In this document: positions 29,433 through 39,223 of the stretch, one piece after another | How the letters are laid out: each line of letters begins with the position of its first letter | How positions within the stretch are numbered: position 1 is the stretch's first letter | Assembly (NCBI GenBank): GCA_965215335.1 | Contig: CBDCDA010000001.1 | Coordinates: 480,001 to 544,000 of the forward strand | Reading direction: 5' to 3' | DNA length: 64,000 nucleotides | DNA from: an uncultured Candidatus Entotheonella sp. | Lineage (GTDB): Bacteria > Tectomicrobia > Entotheonellia > Entotheonellales > Entotheonellaceae | Notes under the pieces: generated by a model | What the model was told of the DNA's origin: nothing | Database searches by the model: none | The model's input: only the letters and a program-made list of their open reading frames with translations | Translations under genes and position numbers: made by a program

Positions 29433-29524
29433 CCTTGGCGAATGACCGCGTCCCGACGCCTCAGTTCCTTGTGGATAACTTCGGAAACACCTCAGATCAT
29501 GTTCTCTACGAGGCACTACGACAA

Positions 29525-30097
29525 CTATGTACGAACACCCTCACTATGGCCGTGTCTAAGGTAATTATAACCTCGCAGATTCGCTGTCTTCTTTACAATT
29601 TTCTCCGTTATAGATAGCCGGCTGGACTTAGATGGGATACTAAGTCCCAGTTCCTTTCCTATCTGTTTCAGCATAGGGACGTTGTACTTCCTTTTGTCCG
29701 CTAGCTTACACTCAACATCTTCGGGCGAGAGTTCCTTTAGGACTTCCGCTATGCTCTGTGCTTCCTTGCGGCCCTGTTCCGTAAGGGGTTTGTGCGGGGA
29801 CTTTCTCGATGTTCCGTTCCCCGAAAGACCAAGGACGCGAGACAGCACGGGGTCCGACTCAGCCACCCGCACATAGTCCTTTATCAACTCGATTGTTGAT
29901 GCGACGGCGTTTGCATCTTGGTCTGTAGGAAGCGTTTTTAATCTATTTCGAAAATCCGTCAGAAATTCGATCAGCACTTCCAGTTCTTTATCCAGCCGGG
30001 ATTTCGTCTCCTGTGATGGCAAGGTATCGACCAACTCCGACATCTTGCTCAAAAAGCTATCCAGTTTTTTCCCCATCGACTGTATGGAATTGCCCAT
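29525..30097 (-). CDS. Hypothetical protein, helical N-terminus and possible HeH/SAP-like C-terminal domain
   Basis: 190 aa, TGATG overlap with the ParA-like gene; C-terminal YNVPMLKQIGKELGLSIPSKSSRLSITEKIVKK. Confidence 0.7.
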   Translation of the reverse strand: MGNSIQSMGKKLDSFLSKMSELVDTLPSQETKSRLDKELEVLIEFLTDFRNRLKTLPTDQDANAVASTIELIKDYVRVAESDPVLSRVLGLSGNGTSRKSPHKPLTEQGRKEAQSIAEVLKELSPEDVECKLADKRKYNVPMLKQIGKELGLSIPSKSSRLSITEKIVKKTANLRGYNYLRHGHSEGVRT

Positions 30098-31047
30098 CAG
30101 AACTTCTCCAACAGCTCATCAACAATTTTCGGATACTCTTGTTTTCCCCTGGCGCGTTTGGCGTTCGCCGAGTCGTGTAGCCACACCGGCAGACTGTTTT
30201 CCGCGGCTTCGGTATATCCGATCAACTCGGTTGTGTACGTCCCGAAACAACTGTCCGGACCCAAGGGAGGATCGGATGATTGTATCTCTTCCATCTTGTT
30301 TGCATGTGCGTTCGTTAGCATGGAACCTCCGATTCGCACGCGGACGAAAAGAATTGCACCGAACTCGGCCAGACGACCTCGGTCTGTATTTTCACCGGCA
30401 AGGGTAGCTGCGGACTTGGCCAACTCGTCAATCTTCTGAACTTTGTTTATCAGGATGTTTAAGCCAATGGTAGAAAGATGGTCTGGTATCGCAGTCACAA
30501 TGTAGTGGTCACTCGCAACCAGAGCGTTCTGGGTCATTAGATAGAGGTTTGGCGGGCAGTCTATAAAAACGTAGTCATATCTGTGCCGGACTTCATCGAT
30601 GGCTTTGGACAAAAAATCTCTGTCACGCATAAACTGCTTTGCATTTCTCTTCAACATTTCCATGCTTGGATATGCCCCAGCGATTTGTCCACCGCCAATG
30701 TCCTCACCAATCAGGTCTATATCACATGGCACCAAATCAAGCCTGGGATGAAAGTCACCGCCCCTTAAACGAATGGGAGTTTTCCAGATATATTTCTTGG
30801 TGTCTATGGATTTTTTGTCCAGGTATCTCTTGTACATTGTAGCAATTGTACCGACTCTCGATTTGCGCCTTTCCCAATCCTCGATGGAGGCACACAAAAA
30901 TGTCAGATTTGTCTGCGGATCAATGTCAATCAGTAGGACATTCTTGTTCTTTGCCCAAGACAGCCAGCATCCAATATGGTAAGCCGATGTCGTCTTTGCG
31001 ACGCCACCCTTGTAGTTTATGAATGCGAGAACCCTTGCTTCCGCCAT
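30097..31047 (-). CDS. ParA/Soj family ATPase
   Basis: NYKGGVAKTT deviant Walker A, LLIDIDPQTNLT, YVFIDCPP; GGAGGAG RBS. Confidence 0.9.
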   Translation of the reverse strand: MAEARVLAFINYKGGVAKTTSAYHIGCWLSWAKNKNVLLIDIDPQTNLTFLCASIEDWERRKSRVGTIATMYKRYLDKKSIDTKKYIWKTPIRLRGGDFHPRLDLVPCDIDLIGEDIGGGQIAGAYPSMEMLKRNAKQFMRDRDFLSKAIDEVRHRYDYVFIDCPPNLYLMTQNALVASDHYIVTAIPDHLSTIGLNILINKVQKIDELAKSAATLAGENTDRGRLAEFGAILFVRVRIGGSMLTNAHANKMEEIQSSDPPLGPDSCFGTYTTELIGYTEAAENSLPVWLHDSANAKRARGKQEYPKIVDELLEKF

Positions 31048-31121
31048 CGGAATTCTCCTCCGTGTCTTGATCGAATATAAAGAGATCAGTTTTTATCTAC
31101 ACGGCTCCTGGGCATGCTCCC

Positions 31122-31955
31122 TTAGTGCTGCGGATGGATCGACATGCCCATGAACAGGGAGGTGAGCAGGGTGAAAATATAGGCTTGCAGGAAGGCGATG
31201 AACACTTCCAGCAGGTTGATGAACAGGGCAAAGCCGACGGCGATGGGGGAGATCAGAAAGCTCTCGAAGATGAAGATCATGCTGATGAAGGAGAGGATGA
31301 CGATGTGTCCTGCCGTCATGTTGGCATAGAGACGGACGCACAGGGCGAAGGGCTTGGTGAACTGGCCGAGAATCTCGACCGGGATCATGATGGGCAGGAG
31401 CCACACGGGCAGACCGTGCGGCACCAGATTCTGCAGGTGGTGCTTGAGGCCGTGCTCTTTAACGCCGCCTAGCTGAATCATGGTCAGCGCGATGAGCGCG
31501 AGGGCCGCGGTGACGGTGATGTTGCCGGTGGCGGTGGCGCCGTAGGGAATGAGCCCCAACAGATTGCAGAACAGAATGAAGAAGAAGGTCGTCAGCAGGA
31601 ACGGCAGATAACGCCGACCCGCCTCGCCCGTATTCGGCAGGATGACCTCGTCCCTCAGGAAGACGACGAGCGCTTCGAGCAGGTTGGCGATACCGCTGGG
31701 CACCGCAGCCTGGCGGCGGAAGGCGAGCCGGAGGATAACGACCAGCAGGAGCGAGGCAATCCACATCATGACGAGATGCTTGGTAATCGAGAAATCGATC
31801 CCGAGAAGATGGATTTCCGGCAAGTTCACGTGCCCCAACGGCCACAGGTCGAACACGTGCGTGTCCTGCACATGATGCAGGATCGTTTCGCCGATGCTGT
31901 GTTCCTCACCGTGGCCGCCCCCTTCGGTCGCGGCATAAGCAATCCCCATCGTCAT
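31122..31955 (-). CDS. atpB: F0F1 ATP synthase subunit a
   Basis: NLLGLIP, KPFALCVRLYANMTAGH, LEVFIAFLQAYIFTLL. Confidence 0.96.
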   Translation of the reverse strand: MTMGIAYAATEGGGHGEEHSIGETILHHVQDTHVFDLWPLGHVNLPEIHLLGIDFSITKHLVMMWIASLLLVVILRLAFRRQAAVPSGIANLLEALVVFLRDEVILPNTGEAGRRYLPFLLTTFFFILFCNLLGLIPYGATATGNITVTAALALIALTMIQLGGVKEHGLKHHLQNLVPHGLPVWLLPIMIPVEILGQFTKPFALCVRLYANMTAGHIVILSFISMIFIFESFLISPIAVGFALFINLLEVFIAFLQAYIFTLLTSLFMGMSIHPQH

Positions 31956-32341
31956 ATCTCCTCAGGCGTGCTGTGTCGTGATCCTTTGACGACGAAGTAC
32001 AACTCGATGACCAGATAGAGCACGTAAAAGCCGAAAAGGGAAAACACGAAGCTCGTCAGGTGGACATCCGTGAACTTGATCAACAGGAAAAGAATCATGC
32101 CAACAACGAGCAACCTCACGATCATGCCGCCCAGGAACGCCTGCATGAACGGCATCAAGCCTTGACGGTCGGCTTTGCTGAGGGTGTAAAACTCGTAAAT
32201 GAAGCACAGGGCGGAGGGCAGGCACCCGATTGCGGCCCACCACAGCACCTCCGGGGTGGTGAAGACGTACAGCAACGGCGCCAGAAGGAGCCAGACCAGC
32301 ACCGTTGCCAGACCGGCAACCTTCAGAAAACTGTTGAACAT
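31952..32341 (-). CDS. atpI: ATP synthase protein I-like membrane protein
   Basis: Four hydrophobic segments; overlaps the atpB start by 4 nt. Confidence 0.7.
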   Translation of the reverse strand: MFNSFLKVAGLATVLVWLLLAPLLYVFTTPEVLWWAAIGCLPSALCFIYEFYTLSKADRQGLMPFMQAFLGGMIVRLLVVGMILFLLIKFTDVHLTSFVFSLFGFYVLYLVIELYFVVKGSRHSTPEEI

Positions 32342-32561
32342 GCGTGAGGCTCATGAAAAAAACGAAGACCGCGATGGCGTTGCCACCGCTCTGGGGAAGG
32401 TCGTGTAGAGGGCCTTTCGTCCCAGCACGGGCATGATGGTAGCACAACGCCGTTCCGACTCACAAGGAGCCGCGTCGCGGTTGTGCTGTCAGAACCATCT
32501 GGACTATACTTGCGTCCCGCAGGCAACCTGCAAAGCGGTGCGAAGAGGGGGCTGGGGACCT

Positions 32562-32861
32562 ATGGATCTCGATCAATTGCGCCTGCGTCTCGATGCCATC
32601 GACGACCAGGTTCTCGCGTTGCTTTCGGATCGCGCCGGAGCGGTTCTGGCCATCGGTGACCACAAGCGTCAGCATGGTCTCCCCATTCATGTGCCGGAGC
32701 GTGAAAACGACGTTGTCAGACGCCTGCAGACGGACAACCCCGGGCCGCTGCGCGGTGATGCGATTGAACGCATTTACCGCACGATCATCGAGGAAATGCG
32801 CAAGCTTGAAGAAGAGCACGTTGGACGTGCAGGCGGGACCGGCAAGATCAGGACGACTTGA
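32562..32861 (+). CDS. Chorismate mutase (AroQ type)
   Basis: LDQLRLRLDAIDDQVLALLSDR..IGDHK..PERE. Confidence 0.88.
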   Translation: MDLDQLRLRLDAIDDQVLALLSDRAGAVLAIGDHKRQHGLPIHVPERENDVVRRLQTDNPGPLRGDAIERIYRTIIEEMRKLEEEHVGRAGGTGKIRTT

Positions 32862-32882
32862 GACGAAGGGGAGGGGCGGACC

Positions 32883-33284
32883 GTGTCCAAACAACACGTC
32901 AAGCTGGCAATCGGAGCAGCCATTATCGTGGCGTCGATAGTGTATCTGATGTTTTCCGGTGCGACGGGAAGCACGATGTATTACATGACGGTTCCCGAAC
33001 TGCACCAGCAGGCCCTCGCCCTGCAGGGCGAGGCTGTCCGGGTGTCGGGGAAAGTAACGGCGGCTCCGATTCAGTGGGACGTGCGCAACTTGCAGCTCAC
33101 CTTCACGATGGGAGAAGGGGAGGCAAGCGTGCCCGTGTCGTACAAGGGCGTCAAGCCGGACATGTTTAAGACAGGCGCAGACGTTATCGTTGAAGGACAG
33201 ATCGGTCAGGACGGCACCCTGATTGCTTCACATCTGATGACCAGTTGTCCGTCCAAGTACGAAGAAGAAAAACCCACGTCATGA
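32883..33284 (+). CDS. ccmE: Cytochrome c maturation heme chaperone CcmE (CxxxY type)
   Basis: N-terminal TM, VRVSG, PDMF, VIVEG, CPSKY. Confidence 0.93.
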   Translation: MSKQHVKLAIGAAIIVASIVYLMFSGATGSTMYYMTVPELHQQALALQGEAVRVSGKVTAAPIQWDVRNLQLTFTMGEGEASVPVSYKGVKPDMFKTGADVIVEGQIGQDGTLIASHLMTSCPSKYEEEKPTS

Positions 33285-33322
33285 TGCCGGTGGAACCTGT
33301 CGATGAAGCATGAGGACCGGTA

Positions 33323-35317
33323 ATGAACGATGTCGGCGGCGCAGCTTTGCAATTCGCTTTTGTGGCAGCCCTCTACGCCATTGCAACAGCCTTGATCGGG
33401 GCCCGAACCGGCCGGCAGGAGATGATCCGCAGCGCTGAGCGGGCGACGTTCGGTGTTTTCGCCCTGGTTTCCGTTGCGATGCTGGCGCTGATTTTCGCCT
33501 TGCTGACCCACGACTTCCGCCTCCAGTACGTCGCCAGCGTTTCCAACCTTTCCATGCCCATCTTCTACCTCATTGCCTCCCTGTGGGGTGGGCAAGAGGG
33601 CTCCATGCTGTTGTGGTTGTGGATTCTGACCCTGTACAGCGCCATTGCCGTGGCGCAGAATCTGCACCGTAACCGGGAACTGATGCCCTATGTGGTTCCC
33701 ACCCTCATGGCAACGTCGATCCTGTTTCTGGCCATCCTCATCTTCGCCGAACATCCCTTCCACGAATTGCCGCAGGCGCCCCTCGACGGCCAAGGGCTGA
33801 ATCCGCTGCTGCAAAACCCCCTGATGGTGATCCATCCGCCCAATCTCTATTTGGGTTTTGTCGGGTTTGCCGTGCCGTTCAGCTTCGGCATCGGCGCCCT
33901 GGCGAGCGGCCGCCTGGACAGCCAGTGGGTACGCAGCATCAGGCGCTGGACCCTCATCCCCTGGCTATTCCTGACGGTCGGCATTCTGCTGGGCGGACAG
34001 TGGGCTTACGTGGAATTGGGGTGGGGCGGCTATTGGGCGTGGGACCCGGTCGAGAATGCCTCGCTGCTGCCGTGGCTCACCGCAACCGCCTTCCTCCACT
34101 CGGTGATGATCCAGGAAAAAAAGGGCATGTTGAAGGTATGGAACATGTCGCTTGTCATCCTGACGTATGGACTGTCGATTTTTGGCACGTTTCTGACACG
34201 CAGCGGCGTCATTTCCTCCGTCCATGCGTTTGCCGAATCGTCCCTGGGCGTGTATTTCCTGCTCTATCTGGCGATTGCGCTGACGATTGCCGTGGCCTTG
34301 CTGGTGTGGCGTCTTCCGCAGTTGCGCAGCGATCATCGTTTGGAGTCAGTCCTGTCGCGCGAAAGCAGCTTTTTGTTCAACAACCTGTTCCTCGTCGGCA
34401 TCATGTTCTCGGTACTTTGGGGCACCATGTTTCCGATCATTTCGGAGGCGGTCCGTGGCGTCAAGATCAGCGTTGCCGCACCATTCTTCAATCAGGTCAA
34501 CGTGCCCTTGGGCCTCGCTCTGCTTCTCCTGTCGGGGGTGTGTCCGCTGATTGCATGGCGCAAGGGCAGCGTCCGCAACTTCCAGCGCAACTTCCTCAAT
34601 CCGCTCGTCGTGTCCCTCCTCGGCGTGGCCGTTCTTTACGGCAGCGGCATTCGACACGCGGTCGCCTTGATTTCCCTGTCCGTCTGCCTGTTCACCTTTT
34701 CAACGATCGTGCTGGAATTTTATCGCGGCACGCGGGCGCGCCGCGCATCGACCGGGGGAACCACCTGGCAGGCGCTACGCTCCCTGATGACCCGGAATCG
34801 GCGCCGTTACGGGGGCTACATCATTCATTTTGGCGTGGTTCTGATCTTCGTGGGGGTCACCGGTTCCTCAGCCTACAAGATCGAACGCGACATTGTTCTG
34901 GACCCCATGGAGCGGACGACGGTGGGGGACTTTACGCTGCGATACGAAACGCTCGAGAGTGCCCTGCAGCCGACACATGAGTCGACACGGGCCAGGGTGG
35001 AGGTGAGCCGGAACGGACGGCGTCTGACCACGTTATTCCCGGAGAGACGTTTTTACTTCGCCCAGAATCAGCCGACAACGGAAGTTGCTCTGCGGACGTC
35101 GCTGCTCGAAGACCTCTACATCATCCTGGCGGGTTTCGAGCCGTCAGGCACCGCCACCTTCAAGGTATTCGTCAATCCCCTGGTGGCGTGGCTGTGGCTG
35201 GGCGGCCTCGTGATGATTATCGGCACGCTCATTGCCGTCTGGCCCGAACGCGGGCGCCACGCGAGGATTCCCGCCCGTGGGACGCCAACGGTCGGGGCAG
35301 TCCCGGAACAGGGGTAA
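33323..35317 (+). CDS. ccmF: Heme lyase CcmF
   Basis: WGGQEGS, LNPLLQ..HPP, WAYVELGWGGYWAWDPVENAS, SVHAF. Confidence 0.96.
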   Translation: MNDVGGAALQFAFVAALYAIATALIGARTGRQEMIRSAERATFGVFALVSVAMLALIFALLTHDFRLQYVASVSNLSMPIFYLIASLWGGQEGSMLLWLWILTLYSAIAVAQNLHRNRELMPYVVPTLMATSILFLAILIFAEHPFHELPQAPLDGQGLNPLLQNPLMVIHPPNLYLGFVGFAVPFSFGIGALASGRLDSQWVRSIRRWTLIPWLFLTVGILLGGQWAYVELGWGGYWAWDPVENASLLPWLTATAFLHSVMIQEKKGMLKVWNMSLVILTYGLSIFGTFLTRSGVISSVHAFAESSLGVYFLLYLAIALTIAVALLVWRLPQLRSDHRLESVLSRESSFLFNNLFLVGIMFSVLWGTMFPIISEAVRGVKISVAAPFFNQVNVPLGLALLLLSGVCPLIAWRKGSVRNFQRNFLNPLVVSLLGVAVLYGSGIRHAVALISLSVCLFTFSTIVLEFYRGTRARRASTGGTTWQALRSLMTRNRRRYGGYIIHFGVVLIFVGVTGSSAYKIERDIVLDPMERTTVGDFTLRYETLESALQPTHESTRARVEVSRNGRRLTTLFPERRFYFAQNQPTTEVALRTSLLEDLYIILAGFEPSGTATFKVFVNPLVAWLWLGGLVMIIGTLIAVWPERGRHARIPARGTPTVGAVPEQG

Positions 35318-35323
35318 GGCGTC

Positions 35324-35773
35324 ATGAACACGACCGATATCGTTGTCATCGTCGCCATGGCCATTGGGCTGGTCGTCTGGGTCGGGGAACCTCTCGTCCG
35401 TCGCGGTCGCATGCGGGAAGCTGTTGCGGATGCCCAAGGTGATGCCATTGAGCGCCTGACGCTGCAAAAGGAAACCCTGTACACGGCCATTCGAGACCTG
35501 GATTTTGATCATCAGACCGGCAAGGTGGACGCCGAAGACCACGCCGTGTTGCGGCGCCAGATGGAGGCAGAGGCCGCGGATATCCTGCGGCAATTGGACC
35601 TGGCTGATCCGTTGGCTGACCTCGATCTCCTTGCGGAACAAGAAATTCTGGCGTATCGCCAACAAGAGGACGCCGCTTCCGAGGCTACGTGCCCGGCTTG
35701 CGGGACTGGATTGGCGGCAGCCGACCCGACCTATTGTTCCATCTGTGGCCAGCTACTGAAGCCAGCCGTATAG
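35324..35773 (+). CDS. Membrane-anchored protein, CcmI-N-like region plus C-terminal zinc ribbon
   Basis: TM, IRDLDFDHQTGKV, CPACG..CSICG. Confidence 0.65.
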   Translation: MNTTDIVVIVAMAIGLVVWVGEPLVRRGRMREAVADAQGDAIERLTLQKETLYTAIRDLDFDHQTGKVDAEDHAVLRRQMEAEAADILRQLDLADPLADLDLLAEQEILAYRQQEDAASEATCPACGTGLAAADPTYCSICGQLLKPAV

Positions 35774-35776
35774 GAC

Positions 35777-37075
35777 ATGATGCCGCGCTCCAGACCCTGC
35801 CGCTCGGTCCCGCCTTCGCCTTCCCGGTGCCTTCCGATGCCGCACGGCAACATTTCACGGCTCAGGAGCTGCGCCGCTCTCGTGGGCGGCCTGCTGCTGC
35901 TCGGCGCCTTGTCAACCTCGGTCAGGGCAGAGGGGCACGGCAGCATTGGCGGCGTCATTCGATCCGCCGAGGGAGTCGTGGGCGCGCACCGCATCATGCT
36001 CATCCGGTTTGGACCCGACAATGACGTACAGCGCACCCCGGGAGAGACCACCGCTCAGGGCGGGTTTCTGTTCGAAAATCTGCCAACCGACGGGAGCTTC
36101 ACGTACTTCGTCGGTATTCGTTACCAGGAGCAGTTACATCGCAGCGAGCCGATTTCCCTCCAGGATATGCCGCACCGGACCGATCTCGTCATGAACCTGG
36201 ACGACCCGTCCACGCAAGCCTTGCCGACACGGCCTGTTGCCCCGACGTTGCACGTCACCAGTCACCTGATGGTGATCGTCAAGCGCAATGAACGGCTCGA
36301 AGTGCGCGAAATCGTGAAAATCGTCAACCCCGGCACGACGGCGTTCACGGGTCCTGCGAGCCCTGCCTCCGGCAGTCCCCACGGCTCGTTCCAGCTTTCC
36401 CTGCCGCAGGGGTTTTACGACCTGCAAGGGATCGAGGGCGGGCTGGAGCCATCCCAGGTCCAGCAACACGCGACCGGTCTGTTTTACACGGCCCCATTGG
36501 AACCGGGTGAACACAACGTGACGTTCACCTATGCCCTCCCTTTGCAGGGCAGGGTGATGATGATCCTGCCCCGGCGCACCCTGCCGACGGATGTGCTCGA
36601 CGTTCTTGTGGAGGAAGAATTCCTCGCGGCAACCAGTGATTTGTCGTTCGCTGGCCGCGTGCCCGTCGAGCCGCACGTATTCACCCATTTCCGCGGCGTC
36701 GATATGCCGGCGCGGTCGCGCTCCTGGGTACAACTGGCACAACGAGCGACAGCGCTTCCAGCGCTGCGCGTAGGGGCGTATGGCCTCGTCATGGCCCTTT
36801 CGTTGGTGGGCATGGCGGCGCCCTGCGCACGGACGCGGCGTGCCAGGTCAATTGCCCTGCCGCCGCAGGTGCAGGCAACGCCGCAGCAGAGGCACGACTT
36901 GCACGCGGCCGAGCAGTTGTTGCTGCGACGCATCTCGCAGCTTGACAGGCAACGAGAAGCTGGCGCGATTGAGGACGCGGCTTATCATCCGCGCCGACGC
37001 GACTACAAGGCGCAGCTTTGCGGCCTTTTGCACCAACTCCGGCAGGTCGGGGAGTCTCGGGACCAACGTGCCTGA
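35777..37075 (+). CDS. Hypothetical exported/membrane protein in the ccm operon
   Basis: Signal-like segment, beta-rich middle, TM, and a C-terminal helix hairpin (ISQLDRQREAGAIEDAAY). Confidence 0.65.
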   Translation: MMPRSRPCRSVPPSPSRCLPMPHGNISRLRSCAALVGGLLLLGALSTSVRAEGHGSIGGVIRSAEGVVGAHRIMLIRFGPDNDVQRTPGETTAQGGFLFENLPTDGSFTYFVGIRYQEQLHRSEPISLQDMPHRTDLVMNLDDPSTQALPTRPVAPTLHVTSHLMVIVKRNERLEVREIVKIVNPGTTAFTGPASPASGSPHGSFQLSLPQGFYDLQGIEGGLEPSQVQQHATGLFYTAPLEPGEHNVTFTYALPLQGRVMMILPRRTLPTDVLDVLVEEEFLAATSDLSFAGRVPVEPHVFTHFRGVDMPARSRSWVQLAQRATALPALRVGAYGLVMALSLVGMAAPCARTRRARSIALPPQVQATPQQRHDLHAAEQLLLRRISQLDRQREAGAIEDAAYHPRRRDYKAQLCGLLHQLRQVGESRDQRA

Positions 37076-37805
37076 TCGTGTCCAAGACCCGCCGGAAGAG
37101 CGCCCGTTGATGGTCCGTCTTGACCGCGTCACCAAACGCTTCGGCGCCTCCCTCGCTCTGCAGGGCGTCAATCTGCAGCTTGAGTCCGGCAAATGCCTCG
37201 GCCTTGTTGGCCCGAATGGGGCCGGCAAGACCACCCTGCTGAAAATCCTTTCCACTCTGACGGCCCCTTCTGGCGGCACGGTGACCATCGCAGGCCACGA
37301 TGCGTCGCGCGCTGCGGAACGCATCCGCCCGCTCCTGGGCGTCTTGAGCCACCGCACGTTTCTTTATGGGCACCTGACGGCATCCGAGAACCTTCATTTT
37401 TATGGACGCATGCTGGGGGTCGTGCACCTCGCCGAGCGCATCCGGGAAGTCCTGGAGACCGTCGGGCTGGAAACGCTCACGCACCAGTTGGTTCGGACAT
37501 ACTCGCGCGGCATGCAACAACGTCTGGCCATTGCGCGGGCCATCCTGCACCACCCCGAGCTGCTCCTTCTGGATGAACCATATAACGCCCTCGATCAACA
37601 AGCCGCAGGGCGGTTGCAGGACCTTTTGCGGCAGTTGTGCTCGACAGGACGCACCGTCATCATCAGCACGCATGATTTGCCCCGCGGGTTTGAATTGTGC
37701 GATGAAATCGCCATTCAACGGCGCGGCAAGATCGTGCACCACGTTTCGACGTCGCAAGATACCCTGCACGCCTTTTCGCAACTGTACAGTCATCATGTTG
37801 GTTAA
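37068..37805 (+). CDS. ccmA: Heme ABC exporter ATP-binding protein CcmA
   Basis: [23 protein letters not shown]. Confidence 0.9.
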   Translation: MPDRVQDPPEERPLMVRLDRVTKRFGASLALQGVNLQLESGKCLGLVGPNGAGKTTLLKILSTLTAPSGGTVTIAGHDASRAAERIRPLLGVLSHRTFLYGHLTASENLHFYGRMLGVVHLAERIREVLETVGLETLTHQLVRTYSRGMQQRLAIARAILHHPELLLLDEPYNALDQQAAGRLQDLLRQLCSTGRTVIISTHDLPRGFELCDEIAIQRRGKIVHHVSTSQDTLHAFSQLYSHHVG

Positions 37806-37815
37806 CGGTGCCTTC

Positions 37816-38484
37816 ATGCGGCAAGCGGGCGCTATTTTGGGCAAAGACCTGAAGACCGAGTGGCGGGCTCGCGAAGTCCTTACATCCATGTTCGTCTTCA
37901 CGGTGTTGGTCGTGGTGGTATTCCAGTTCACCATTGGCTCCAACCCCGCCCTGATCCGCGAGGTGGCCGCCGGCGTGCTGTGGATCGCGCTCCTGTTCGC
38001 TACCGTGATCGGGTTGCAACGAGCGGTGCAAATGGAAGGCGAGGAGGACTGCCTGCAGGGCGTGTTGTTGGCCGTTCAGGACCGCTCGGCGCTGTTCCTG
38101 GCGAAGGCGTTGGCCAACATGATCTATCTGCTCGTCGTCTCCGGCTGCATCTTGCCCCTCTTCGCGCTCTGGTTCCGTGTCGACCTGACGGCGAGCCTTC
38201 CCGCCCTCGGGGTGACCCTGGTATTGGGAATCGTGGGATTGAGCGTCCTGGGGACATTGTTTTCCCTGATTGTGTTGAACATACGCATGCGGGAGGTCAT
38301 GCTGCCGCTGCTGTTTCTTCCGGTGTCCGTGCCGTTGCTGATCGCCTCCGTGTATGCCACCGGAGACATCATTGACGGCAAGGCATTGGCGGACGTCCGG
38401 GATTACCTTGTCCTGGTCGGCGTCTTTGACGTCGTTTTCCTGGTGCTGGCGCTGCTGATTTTTGATTATGTCGTGGAGGAGTAA
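37816..38484 (+). CDS. ccmB: Heme exporter protein CcmB
   Basis: KDLKTEWR, GVLW, REVMLPLLFLPVSVP. Confidence 0.9.
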   Translation: MRQAGAILGKDLKTEWRAREVLTSMFVFTVLVVVVFQFTIGSNPALIREVAAGVLWIALLFATVIGLQRAVQMEGEEDCLQGVLLAVQDRSALFLAKALANMIYLLVVSGCILPLFALWFRVDLTASLPALGVTLVLGIVGLSVLGTLFSLIVLNIRMREVMLPLLFLPVSVPLLIASVYATGDIIDGKALADVRDYLVLVGVFDVVFLVLALLIFDYVVEE

Positions 38485-38488
38485 CACG

Positions 38489-39208
38489 GTGTCCGGTCGA
38501 GAAAAGGACAGGCGCCCGGTCAACGTTTGGCCGGGCTGGTGCGCGGCGCTGACCTACGTGGCGATGGTCGCCGCGCTGTGGTGCATCTTTGTCTATGTCC
38601 CCACGGAAAAGGCGCAAGGCATCGTGCAGCGCATCTTCTATTTCCACGTCTCCTCGGCCCTGACCATGTTTGTAGCGTTCTTCGTGGTCTTTGTCGCCAG
38701 CATCATTTACTTGTGGAAACACGGCGACTGGTGGGATCAGGCGGCGATGGGCGCCGCCGAGCTCGGGGTGCTCTTCTGCACCCTTGTGCTCATGACGGGC
38801 CCGATCTGGGGGCGACCGATCTGGGGCGTATGGTGGACGTGGGATCCGACCCTCACGCTGACCCTGGTGCTGTGGCTGATTTACGTGGCTTATCTCATGC
38901 TGCGGGCGGACGCGACGGATCCGAGGCGAGCCCGGTTTGCGGCGATCCTGGGAATCGTCGGCTTCATCGACGTGCCGCTGATTCGCTGGAGCATCGAAAA
39001 GTGGCGTAACCTCCACCCCGAGCCGGTGGTTGTCCAATCGGGTGGGACAACGGGGCTGCCGCCTGCCATGATGTTGACCTTTCTGGTATCCTCGGCGGCC
39101 TTTCTGCTCCTGTTTGTCTTCCTTCTGCGCCAACGCATGGCCATAGCACGCAGACGATACGAACTTGAAGTCCTGCGCCACAAGGTCGACGAGGCGTTGT
39201 TTGGATAG
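38489..39208 (+). CDS. ccmC: Heme exporter protein CcmC
   Basis: RIFYFHV, GPIWGRPIWGVWWTWDP, WRNLHP. Confidence 0.93.
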   Translation: MSGREKDRRPVNVWPGWCAALTYVAMVAALWCIFVYVPTEKAQGIVQRIFYFHVSSALTMFVAFFVVFVASIIYLWKHGDWWDQAAMGAAELGVLFCTLVLMTGPIWGRPIWGVWWTWDPTLTLTLVLWLIYVAYLMLRADATDPRRARFAAILGIVGFIDVPLIRWSIEKWRNLHPEPVVVQSGGTTGLPPAMMLTFLVSSAAFLLLFVFLLRQRMAIARRRYELEVLRHKVDEALFG

Positions 39209-39223
39209 GGAAGGGCAGACAGC

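Larger units (their letters stand above)
29433..31199 (-). mobile_element. Integrase-less insertion cassette at the atpB 3' end
   Basis: Visibly AT-richer than its flanks; bounded by the 78-bp repeat; two genes; no recombinase. Confidence 0.65.
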
